NCBI GenBank assembly: GCA_000002435.2
Contig: CM018793.1
Length of the DNA stretch: 64,000 nucleotides
Source: Giardia intestinalis
Lineage: Eukaryota
Direction: 5' to 3' (one strand)
Shown here: positions 19,239-29,500 of the stretch, one piece after another
Numbering within the stretch: position 1 is the stretch's first letter
How the letters are laid out: the number at the start of each line of letters is the position of its first letter
The notes under the pieces: model-generated
What the model was told of the DNA's origin: nothing
The model's input: only the letters and a program-made list of their open reading frames with translations
The model's database searches: none
Position numbers and translations under genes: made by a program

Positions 19239-22200
19239 ATGCATCAGGTAGGCGATCCTTTGCAAATCAACGAGGAGCACAATCACGCTGATGGTATATT
19301 GGCAGAGAAAAAGTTACCATCTCTAGCCTCTTTTCCCGAAGGAATTCCGTCTCTTGGTCAAACCTCGAAGGTACACATAATTTTTCCCGGGTCTCAGCAG
19401 TTCACGGGCTTCATATCTTCTGCGACTATGGATGGTCTTGGATCCTTTGACCTTTCTTCGGAAGCCGTATATCATGGGTTTTTAAAGGACTCTATCCCAC
19501 ACGGTCCCTTTGGCCTTGTTACCATGTCTCAAGGACTGACATATGCGGGCGAGTTTGTCGATGGTAACCTAACTGGCCAATCACTTATCCTCTTCTCCGA
19601 TGGGTCTGCGTTCAGAGGTCAGTTTTCCGAAAACAATGCAAACGGCTATGGAGCAATACGAGTGGTGAGTGCAGGGGTAGACTTTGCTGGCTCGTTTATT
19701 GCCTCTGTCCCCACTGGGTTTGGAGCAATTGGAACGGGGCACTGGCGAAGATACATAGGCAGCATAGGTAGCGCAGAGAAAGAGGCTTGCAGTGTTTACA
19801 TAGGAGACTTTTGTGATGGTGAGCCGGATGGCATTGGGATGTCTATCGTGGCAGGAGCAGATGATCTAACAGGTGCACGCAGATATAACAGATTTTTCGG
19901 GTCGTTTTACGGAGGTGTAAGATCCGGCCCTGGAGTTCTCTATACAGGCAACAATGACATGCTTATTGGCACATTTATCAATGATAAAAAGTCAGGACTC
20001 TTCATGCACATTGAAGGCGCAAGCAAGCAATGCGAATTCAGACTTTATGAAAGTGACGTCTGTCTAAATTCTCACATGCTTAGAGGGGTGTATTTCAAGC
20101 AGCCGTGGATGTTAATGAATATATACTTAGATCTACAAACGATGTGTCCAGAATTAGTGGATATTCGTGCTGCATTTGATGACTTTTTATCTGAGATGGA
20201 CTACTGTCTTTCGTCAGGCCTCGACTCCATCTTCAATGGTCGTAACAATTACAAGAAATCGAAAAAGTATCCTATAATAGACGTGATTCTGGCCCAGAGT
20301 ACGCGGCAGTCTGTCCCCTGTAACACACGGCTAATTACCGACTGTCGTGTGTCCTACCCATGGATCACAGACGCTTTAGCTAGGCATGTTCGCTATTGTA
20401 CGGACACATGGACTACTGTCCATTATGATGCGTATTCTGACCATGATGTAGCCAAAGATAGGCCACAGGATTGCTTAGGCCCTTCAAACAAAGTGCGCTC
20501 ATCGACCCCTACGTCACGGACGGCCAAGAATAACATGGCTCTCAGTGGAGTGACCTCTCGGGCCAGTGAGAGAACTAACGCTTCTCTAGTAAGTTCAAAG
20601 CTTTCTGTCCAACAGTCTGTTTTCATGGACAAGGTGGATAGCCTCAAGTCTTCCTTACTATCCTGCTATGATATCCTTCACTTTATCTTCTGCATTTACC
20701 GGGCCCAGGAAGTGCTACTTCTTAACGAGCATACAAAGATGTTTTCCGATCAGAAGACAGTATTCAGCATTGATGTAATGGCTGAGGAATTGGATAATAA
20801 GGACTCCAAGCCCAGATATCCGATGTCTTCAGAAAGCTGTTCCTGGAAAGTAGGTGCATGTGCAGTTTTTAATCCGCAGCATTGTAAAGGTCTTTTAGAT
20901 AGTGTCCCAGGCCCTTACAAAGACCCAACATCGCCGTTTCTTCTAGGACATGCGGTCAACGAAATGTTTAGCAGTACCGATGAAGGACAGAACTCCACTG
21001 AGTCGAATGAGAAGCGTGAAACAAGCACCCCAGGAGAGGACGCTGAGCACGTCTCAGAGTCCAAGCAGATTAAACAAGGAAAAGAGCAAGAACCGACAAG
21101 GGTTACTCCGGCTCGATGCTTTGGAGTGGATGGTAATTATCGCGCAGGTGCCCTTCTTTCAGATATTGTAGACGTTGACATGTCACGAGCTGCCAAAACA
21201 GTTGCAGGAGCCTCGAGCTATGACAATGAACTCGTCCTGGCTATAATCAAGATTGTAGAGACAAACGAGACTGTTTCCCTATTCACTCTAGAGCGTTTAC
21301 TCTTAGAGTTATTTTGTTCTAACCGCGTGCTTGCAACATACTTCCTTCCCAACTATAAGGAAATACAGAGGATTGTACGAAATATATGCAAGCCGTCAGA
21401 TGAATACTTGATGGCTCGAACACTTGGAATAGACACTGACAAGTATATCTCCAAAAAGCACGATACCGATTTTGAAGGTTTTGTAGAGATAATTATTACC
21501 TTGGCAACGCTGTTAGGTCCACAAGTTTTGGCTTCTGTTAAGACAGATGTTCTGGCCTCTCCAACGAGTCTCTTCAATGTACTAAACACAGGTTCTAAAA
21601 TGACAAGTAACGTTCTTGCAAAAGGCAATGAATCATCGGCGCCGCTGGACAATCTACTGAGGTATATTGTCGTACCATTTGGCAACATGCTATTAAAACA
21701 GCTTACTATTGTCACGCAGAGCAGCGAGAAAGCTCAGTCCATCCTCGAACCTCTGTTTTCTTTCATGCAAAAGGAGGATAAAACAACCAGAGAATGTCTT
21801 AAAATGGTTCTATCAAAGCTAGGCAACCACGATGGACTGATGACAACTGGGGGTCTTGACACAGGCATGACAGACTCCGTACGGATAGGCGCGCTTTCAC
21901 TCACAGCCAAGGGGTCCTCTATGAATCTGCTGAAGTCCACATCGAGCTTGAGTCAATCTAGACTGCAACACAATCCCGACGCAAACATCAAGCGTATGGT
22001 GACACCAATAGCCAGGCTCCGCGATCCATCACGCTCACTGAATCCCTTTGAAAGTGCATTACTAGGAAGTCTCGCCCTAGCCAATCATCTAGTGGACCTT
22101 TTTGTAGCAGAACCGCGAGTCCTGGCGCAGATATACGATGCTCCATTCTATGCAATTAATTCCAAGTTGTGGAGCACAATCATCTCTAGTCCATTCATCG

Positions 22201-23057
22201 TATATCAATACAATCGGCTGTTTTCTACGTTAGAACTAGATAGCAGATCCTACTATACGTACAATACAAATGTAAGCCTCTTGGATGTATTTAAACACAT
22301 TAATGAGGTCTTTCAGACGATATTTGTCCGTAAATTGGACCACGTTGTGGCCGATACCACTGAGAATGACGACGATGATCGATTGTTTTCAGAACAGAAT
22401 AGTACGACAGAGGATGTAGATCACGGTGCGCAAATGTTGGCAGATACACTTGAAGAAGTGGTAGATGGCGAGGTTGTTGAGGAAGATAAGATTGAAAGCA
22501 AATTGTTCGTAGAGAGAGCTGCCCAATGCCTTCTAACGCAATTCTCCAATTACAATATATATACCAGCTCGTTGAGCGACACAGAAAGTAGTGGGCGGGA
22601 AATCCGGTTTGCAGTGCAATCCACAGCTGATGCAGTCAAGGACAGTCTTGATGAAGTTTCTGCATCTTCTAAAGAACAACCATACGTAATTTCATACTCT
22701 GGTACAGATGATCAAATGTATGAAATCGTATCCCAACTGATTGAACACGATGCTACGCCTTTATTATACCTAGTAGCTGTTGTTTCACACTGCTATTGCT
22801 CTGACGCATGCTTTGAGCGAATCATAAAAAGAAGTAGTAAAGAAGGTAGTAGTGAGGGAAGTTTTAACCTCCCCTCGACAGCGGAGTCCAGTGCTCTAAC
22901 TAACTCGATGCTTCTAGCAACAGAAACCTTGAGAGACGAAATCTACGAAGCGGTCGCTGGGACTTTTTTCGCAGATGAAGCAATGCGGTGCCTGATTGAG
23001 TGCATCCAAGGAGCGCATGCCCTCTTAAGGAGATCCAAGGAAGAAGCCAGTGAGTAA
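19239..23057 (+). CDS. Large hypothetical protein, 1,272 aa, with glycine-rich MORN-like repeats at the N-terminus.
   Basis: Residues ~90-260 show a repeated YxGxFxxGxxxGxG pattern resembling MORN repeats. The remainder has no recognisable domain. Only a 30-bp spacer separates it from the upstream gene. Confidence 0.55.
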   Translation: MHQVGDPLQINEEHNHADGILAEKKLPSLASFPEGIPSLGQTSKVHIIFPGSQQFTGFISSATMDGLGSFDLSSEAVYHGFLKDSIPHGPFGLVTMSQGLTYAGEFVDGNLTGQSLILFSDGSAFRGQFSENNANGYGAIRVVSAGVDFAGSFIASVPTGFGAIGTGHWRRYIGSIGSAEKEACSVYIGDFCDGEPDGIGMSIVAGADDLTGARRYNRFFGSFYGGVRSGPGVLYTGNNDMLIGTFINDKKSGLFMHIEGASKQCEFRLYESDVCLNSHMLRGVYFKQPWMLMNIYLDLQTMCPELVDIRAAFDDFLSEMDYCLSSGLDSIFNGRNNYKKSKKYPIIDVILAQSTRQSVPCNTRLITDCRVSYPWITDALARHVRYCTDTWTTVHYDAYSDHDVAKDRPQDCLGPSNKVRSSTPTSRTAKNNMALSGVTSRASERTNASLVSSKLSVQQSVFMDKVDSLKSSLLSCYDILHFIFCIYRAQEVLLLNEHTKMFSDQKTVFSIDVMAEELDNKDSKPRYPMSSESCSWKVGACAVFNPQHCKGLLDSVPGPYKDPTSPFLLGHAVNEMFSSTDEGQNSTESNEKRETSTPGEDAEHVSESKQIKQGKEQEPTRVTPARCFGVDGNYRAGALLSDIVDVDMSRAAKTVAGASSYDNELVLAIIKIVETNETVSLFTLERLLLELFCSNRVLATYFLPNYKEIQRIVRNICKPSDEYLMARTLGIDTDKYISKKHDTDFEGFVEIIITLATLLGPQVLASVKTDVLASPTSLFNVLNTGSKMTSNVLAKGNESSAPLDNLLRYIVVPFGNMLLKQLTIVTQSSEKAQSILEPLFSFMQKEDKTTRECLKMVLSKLGNHDGLMTTGGLDTGMTDSVRIGALSLTAKGSSMNLLKSTSSLSQSRLQHNPDANIKRMVTPIARLRDPSRSLNPFESALLGSLALANHLVDLFVAEPRVLAQIYDAPFYAINSKLWSTIISSPFIVYQYNRLFSTLELDSRSYYTYNTNVSLLDVFKHINEVFQTIFVRKLDHVVADTTENDDDDRLFSEQNSTTEDVDHGAQMLADTLEEVVDGEVVEEDKIESKLFVERAAQCLLTQFSNYNIYTSSLSDTESSGREIRFAVQSTADAVKDSLDEVSASSKEQPYVISYSGTDDQMYEIVSQLIEHDATPLLYLVAVVSHCYCSDACFERIIKRSSKEGSSEGSFNLPSTAESSALTNSMLLATETLRDEIYEAVAGTFFADEAMRCLIECIQGAHALLRRSKEEASE

Positions 23058-23287
23058 AAAATTAGTAAGAGCCGAGTATGTCGGAAGGGCTTTACAAGAC
23101 TCTACAGAGAGACCATCGGGCATGTATGCTCTCTCTGGAAGAAGAGGCTAAGGAAAGAAGAGCAGAGTCCATCAAGGAGACCTCCAGTATGCAAAGAGAA
23201 GAGGTGTATGTTCCCTTGGGAAGGCATTTCATCGCTGTCTCTTCTCAGGAGGCAACACAGATATTGAGGACAGTGGACAGGACCCAC

Positions 23288-26200
23288 TCATTCCTCTGCA
23301 AGGATATCGTCTGACTGCTCGCCTAGCCTGTAAACTATGTGTCCCTCTTCTTCTTCGATGATGTATTGCGACTCGTCCGAGAGTGCAGCAAAACTGGAAA
23401 CTACAGAAGCAGGACTATCAAGTGTTACTACTGTTGTTATTTGTGCCTTGCAGAAAGGACAAGCGCTTATGGAAGCGACCATGCACGAGTGACACATAAG
23501 TGCGTGACCGCATGGAACCCCAATAAAGGAGGGCGGTCGAGCCATGCAAACACAGCAAAGTCCCCTGCCTTCAACCAAAAACTCGATGAGCTTTTCATCG
23601 GTATCAATCTCATATATATTGATGCGTTGTGCCTGCGCCTGCACAACGGAATTGTTAGAGTCACTAGGAGAGGTGTCATCCTCCAAAAGGAGATCCAGCA
23701 TGGATTCTAGCAGATCATCTAAAACTAAAATGTCAGCCTGGGCTTCTGCATCTGTCACAAAATCCAGTTGATAAAGATCTAATAAGTCTGTGTTTCTGGC
23801 AACACAATTCTCGTCGTTAACATCTCTACGTCGTTGAGAGTCTATGCGCTGCTGATAGAATGTACGAACACATTCTCTAATCTTTTCATAAAGAATTTTG
23901 ACAGCAACACTCAAAGTGGCCGGACTAGCAACATTAAAAGGAAGCATAGCATGTTCCGTTATTGGATCTACAAACTCATACAGCTCCTGTTCTAACGCAT
24001 ATTCCAATGGTGTCTTACCGTGAAAGTCAATGAGCCAGGCTTCTCTCAGCAAAAATGGAATGACACGACGATTACGGCACTCAATAGCATATATCAGCGC
24101 TGTTCTTCCGCACTTGTCTCTGAGTCCGCTCTCATGGGGAATCAGCTTCTTGGCAGCTCTTACTTGGTCATGTTGCGCGGCATACATTAAAGCCGTGCGA
24201 CCCAACATATCGCACTCTCTACTCTTGCTATGCTTTAATAAAAACTCGATGATTTCTTCGTGACCATTACCTGCCGCCGACATGAGTGGAGTCTGGCCAT
24301 ATGCATTTGGAAGAAGTGGCTCAAATCTGGATAAAAGAAGCACGCTGTCAATAGCTCCTGCCTTTACTGCAATGTGCAACGCATTAAAGTGATCTTCTGT
24401 GAGCTTGTTTATCTCGCGTGGGCAATTAAGAAGTATCTCTACGCAATTGACGTGATTATTCTTAGCTGCACACATCAATGCAGTGCGTCCCTCTAAGTCT
24501 CTAGACCCTGCCTCAGCAAGGGCCAGCACACGAACAACGTTAACGTAGCCTAATGTGGCAGCAATCATTAATGCGGTTGTGTCATCGTATGTTCGAAGCT
24601 CAGCCTCATGCTTCGCCAGTATTGACGCTGCTTCAATTTGATTGTGCTCGGCTGCAAGCATCAGAGCTGTCTTACCATCGTAATTAGTCATCCTTAGCTC
24701 CATTCTCGATGACACTATTCTTGCGACGGTTCTTGCATGGCCATGTTTGGAGGCAAACATAAGTGCAGTCATTCCTTCATTGTTTTGATTCCCTGCTTCG
24801 CGGTCCAATAAGAGATCCACGATGCCATCAAATCCAAAGCGAGCCGCCATCATGAGTGCAGTTTCGCCAGCTAAATTGTACATCCTACTTTCGTGTGGAA
24901 GAAGGATTCTAGTGATATCTAGGTAGCCCCGTTGAGCGGCATGCATCAGTGCAGTCGTTTGATTCCTATCGCAAGCACATGCCTGATGTTCGAGAAGAGC
25001 AGTTACCACGGGACCATGTTTGGCAAGTGCCGCCAGCATGAGTGGTGTTGTGCCATTGGTGTCTGCAATGGATCCTTCCTTTGGTAGCAAAAGCTTTACA
25101 ATCTCAAGATGGCCCCTTTGCGCTGCATAGTGTAAAGCTGTTTGACCCTGTACGTCCGTCAAACCTACCTCAAAAGGAACAAGATCTTCTGCAGCCTCAA
25201 TATTATTAGAGTACGATGCGTGCATTAGTGCGGTTCTACCTCGTGAATCACGCAATGTCGCTTCGTACGGACAAAGCGCCTTAAACCACTCACTATTTCT
25301 GGCTATGACTGCACGCATGAGCAAAGTATAAGATACATCAGCTACAAACGTGAGACTGCCTGGCAAAGCAACCCGGGGTGGTCTCATGAGTTTTCGGCGG
25401 CGACGCACAATGCATGGCCGTATAACTAATCGAGAATTGCTGTGGGCATTACTATGCTGTGAGTCTATATCCGTTTGCATAGTGTGTTGAACATCAGTCT
25501 CTTGCTGAACCAGTGGAATAGCAACATGCTGTGTAAGATATTCCTCGGACGTACCACTTGACGGTGGCTCAATAGACAGTTCGTCAATATCTACAATGTT
25601 AGCCGCTTCTCCCGGATAAATAGTGAAGGAACTATCAGCCAAGTTCTGAGAAGAAGGATTGCTGTCCATCAAAACATCGACCAATAAGGAGCTGATAGTA
25701 TCATTTATTACATCTGTATCATCAGAGGATCTTGTCCTTGGTGATTGTTGGTGATCAACGGCTGCTTGTTGGGGAGAGACTGTTGGGAGCGGAGTTGATT
25801 GTACGACTGGGACTGGAGGACTCATTAGTAGCTCGCTTTCCGGATTCAATCTTTTTGCATTCAAAGATGCATGCTTACATCTAGTTTCAAAACAAGGCGA
25901 TTCTTCATATGATTGGAGCAACTCGACGATATGGTTGTGTCCACGTTCCATTGCAATAGAAAGTGCAGTATCGCCAAATTGCGAAGTAAAACCAGCTTCA
26001 TAGGGAATGAGTTCCTGTGCAGCTAGGGTAAGTCCAGTGAAGGCTGCATACATGAGTGCTGTTCGTCCAAGGTTGTCGCGGAGCCCCGTAGCATATGGGG
26101 CCAAGGAAGAAATTGCTTGATGATTATTCATCACAACAGCGAGCATAAGCGCAGTTTGGCCCGTCCTGGTAGAAATAGTGTATTCATATTCACAAAGGAT

Positions 26201-26467
26201 CTCAACTGCCTGTTGGTTACCGCCAATGACTGCTATCATTAGTGCAGTGAAGTCCTCGTGATTCATGCATGAATGCTCATAGGGAACAAGGTGTTGAATG
26301 GCTAAAAGCTGATTATGACGAACCGCTGTCATGAGCGCCGTTTCGCCTATTTCATTCCGTGACCGTTTGTGTGTGTTAATCATCCTGCAGAGAGATGTAA
26401 GATTCCCTGAAGACGCGGCAATGAACCATGCCGATTCATCTCTCCGCGCCATCTTTTTTTTGACCAC
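23288..26467 (-). CDS. Ankyrin-repeat protein (Giardia protein 21.1-like) with a C-terminal C3HC4 RING finger, 1,059 aa.
   Basis: Two blocks of many 33-aa ankyrin repeats (GxTALMxAAxxGHxxxVxxLL). The C-terminal CCVCMARPPSFIGVPCGHALMCHSCMVASISACPFCKAQI is a RING finger. Confidence 0.75.
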   Translation of the reverse strand: MVKKKMARRDESAWFIAASSGNLTSLCRMINTHKRSRNEIGETALMTAVRHNQLLAIQHLVPYEHSCMNHEDFTALMIAVIGGNQQAVEILCEYEYTISTRTGQTALMLAVVMNNHQAISSLAPYATGLRDNLGRTALMYAAFTGLTLAAQELIPYEAGFTSQFGDTALSIAMERGHNHIVELLQSYEESPCFETRCKHASLNAKRLNPESELLMSPPVPVVQSTPLPTVSPQQAAVDHQQSPRTRSSDDTDVINDTISSLLVDVLMDSNPSSQNLADSSFTIYPGEAANIVDIDELSIEPPSSGTSEEYLTQHVAIPLVQQETDVQHTMQTDIDSQHSNAHSNSRLVIRPCIVRRRRKLMRPPRVALPGSLTFVADVSYTLLMRAVIARNSEWFKALCPYEATLRDSRGRTALMHASYSNNIEAAEDLVPFEVGLTDVQGQTALHYAAQRGHLEIVKLLLPKEGSIADTNGTTPLMLAALAKHGPVVTALLEHQACACDRNQTTALMHAAQRGYLDITRILLPHESRMYNLAGETALMMAARFGFDGIVDLLLDREAGNQNNEGMTALMFASKHGHARTVARIVSSRMELRMTNYDGKTALMLAAEHNQIEAASILAKHEAELRTYDDTTALMIAATLGYVNVVRVLALAEAGSRDLEGRTALMCAAKNNHVNCVEILLNCPREINKLTEDHFNALHIAVKAGAIDSVLLLSRFEPLLPNAYGQTPLMSAAGNGHEEIIEFLLKHSKSRECDMLGRTALMYAAQHDQVRAAKKLIPHESGLRDKCGRTALIYAIECRNRRVIPFLLREAWLIDFHGKTPLEYALEQELYEFVDPITEHAMLPFNVASPATLSVAVKILYEKIRECVRTFYQQRIDSQRRRDVNDENCVARNTDLLDLYQLDFVTDAEAQADILVLDDLLESMLDLLLEDDTSPSDSNNSVVQAQAQRINIYEIDTDEKLIEFLVEGRGLCCVCMARPPSFIGVPCGHALMCHSCMVASISACPFCKAQITTVVTLDSPASVVSSFAALSDESQYIIEEEEGHIVYRLGEQSDDILAEE

Positions 26468-26587
26468 AGGTGATCGTAGAAAAGATAATACGAGTAGAGC
26501 GCAGCACTCAGACGTACCACGGAGGATTGCCAGTAACCTACAAAGGGATTTCGTGGACCTTAATGTGTGAGGTAAACACTTGGATTA

Positions 26588-29500
26588 CTAGTTTACAACA
26601 ATGACTTTTGGCAAGCTAGATACCGTATTTAGATTCAAGTGTTGTAGTAGGAAACTGCTACTCTTTGTAGAAGTGAACTCTTGCATCAGCGAGGCACGGC
26701 TTGGTGTGTGTACAGAAAACGACCTACATAATGGACTGACCATTTCATCCGTAAGGGATCTCAACCCAAAGCAGCCCGACGATTGCGCGTTCGCTTCTCC
26801 ATCTCTTGTTTTGGGTGGCGAGCTACTTTTACTGCGTATCCTGTTCAGATGTCTGCGGGGACCAGAAAGGAACACTATTTTCTTGTCTAGAAGTGTGTTG
26901 AGATTGGTTCTGGGTGAGACTCTAACTTGCTCAATTCCTGAGATAGTCGCAAGTGTGTCTGTATCACCTTTAGTACCTGCCTCTTTGGCACGCAGTATTG
27001 CAACTATCCCGTCGGGATCCTTCAGATTGAAGAGATGCTTCAACTGCTCAAACTTCTCAGCGGTGGCTATCTTATTCTGCATAATCAATCTGTACCAGCA
27101 CAGCTTCTTCCTGTCTTCGTCTGCATTCTTTGCATCTGCCAATTGCTTACGGATAGATTGAGCACTTATAGAGGGCATTAGTGTTATCTTGCGTAGGTCT
27201 GTGGCACGGAATTCGTGCGCGGTTCCTGTTTCAAGTAAGCAGTAGTAGCTCAATATGAACGTATCGTATGCCTTTGCATAGGACTGTGTCAGTCCCAGAA
27301 GTCCTTTGTATGGCCCTATCGCAACAACAAATACATCGCCTAGCTGAGGATATTTTGAATGCTTCTTGTGAGGTTCTTTAGAAAACAGTGCATCATTTGC
27401 TGAAACACAGGATTTGGCGCTCTTACTTCCTGCGATAGAAGCAGAGAAGACTCTGTATTTTTGTCGATGAGTGGGGAGTTTCAAGAGCTCTTCGCCGTCA
27501 TAGAAATACGGTCTGAGCTTGGTAACCCGCGTGCCTTCTATAAATGGCATGTGGATATCTGTGTCAATATCTGTGTCAGTTTTCCTTAGTAGCGAAGGAG
27601 CAGATTCCTGACGCCTCAGAACGGGAGGTTCACTGGTTATAGCTTGCTTTATCTTATCAGAATCAATAGAGATTCCTTGCTCGGCTATTTCTGCTGTAGA
27701 CAGATATGCAATCGGAGACCATTGGCTTTGAGTGTCCAGATCAATAGCGCGTGTATTAGTAAAGAGTACATTGTTCTCAAGGTCTTCTCTACTCAAATGC
27801 GCGGGTGCAGATTTGGTGCGACATAATGATGAAGTCTCGACGGGTTGTGCTGCACAGCAGTCTGGTAAAATTGGTTGCTTGAGTGAGACATTATTAGGTT
27901 CAGTAGGATTTCTCTTCGCCAGCACAGTGGGTTGATCATCAAGGTGGAGTAGTGAGACATAGTCATTTTGCAAACTGCCTCTAGGGGACATGACAAGCTT
28001 TTCAGCGTGGGGAGTATCTCGATCGTGTTGCTGACAATCAAAAACAGTACTCGGATGAGACAACGGTGCAAGTTGATGGTTGGATCTGCCCGATTGAGAT
28101 AGGGTCATGGTTCGATCGAAAAGCAAGACTTCAGCTGATGATGCTGCCGGGGAACCCAGAACTGAAAGGGGCATCTCATTATAACTAGGATCATTGTTCT
28201 GGAATCTCTTTCTGGGGGCATCGATCGGATCTTCGTCTTGATGATGCATATCTGATGGCACTGGCAAAGAAAGAAACATGGTGCCATCAGTTGTGGAAGA
28301 TGACATACCAGATATTGGTTGATGCGTATTGCGAGAAAGGGGTGTCGATGCACTCTTTGACCTTCCCGAAGAGGTCATGCCACTGGTCGTTGTGCTAACA
28401 GAATATATTGTGCCAAGAAGTGCAAGTGTTTTTGAATCTGCGGGCTCGCTTAGTAGCATATCTTTAAGAGTTTCTGTGGTAGGTTTTGAGATACCGTGTG
28501 CTTCAATAACTGAAGAACCAAGAGTACCATTGTCCTCTTGTGCTTTTGTTATATGTGACGAAGTGTGCTGTTCGATAGTATTGGGCGCTTTTGATGTCTC
28601 ATTCAATGCTTGAAGGATTGTTGGCTGACTTTTAAAGAATGACTCCAGAGGATGATGAAACGAAGATTGCCTCATGTTTTTAGCAATAAGCCTCTGGGGG
28701 TGGTCACCAAGGACCTGCTCAAGATCCAGGGTCTTCCAGTCTGGTTCTAAAATAACGAGATTCGCGCACCTGCAAAGCTTGATGGCACCGAAAAAGGCGA
28801 CGTAAGCATAGTGCATTCCCTGTAAGTAAGCCAGGCCTACAACCATTCCCGTGTTTGAGGAATCTGTGGACTTAACAATAACTCCCACATCGTACTTTGG
28901 ACTATAAAACATGTGGTTAACTGCATGTATTATCTGGTTTTCTAAATCTACCTCATATCGCACTTTGCTTATATCCGTAACTGCAACCCCACATGCTAGA
29001 CATGGGATTTCCGAGGCCAAATGTATGCATGCGCACGTCCTGCAGACAATGTGATCGCAGACAAGACGAACTGGTCTCCGTAGTACACAATGGCACGATG
29101 AACAAAGAAAGCTTAGTGTTGGGAATCGGCGGCAAGTATCACAGAGTGATCGCACCACATATTGATTCCTCTCCTCTTCCTTGATGAGTCGTTCAGCCTG
29201 GGTGTCAATATGAGGGGTAGAGTCATATTTTTGCATTTTTCTTTCTACTTGGAGACTGTACATCTTGGTAGAGTTGCCTGTTGGCCTTATCGCGCTTTCG
29301 CCGAATGCAAAGGAAATAGGAGAGTTGTTGGGATGCATTTCTGGTTGATCAAAATACCATTTAATGAAATCTTTTCTATATTTCAGGATCTTCTCATCTT
29401 GCATGACAAGTTTGTTTCTATAGTTTGGATTAATAAGCGGGTGCGTTGAACAGTATGCCGTGGCTGTTGGTGCTTGTTTAGGCCGCAATCTGTGATGATA

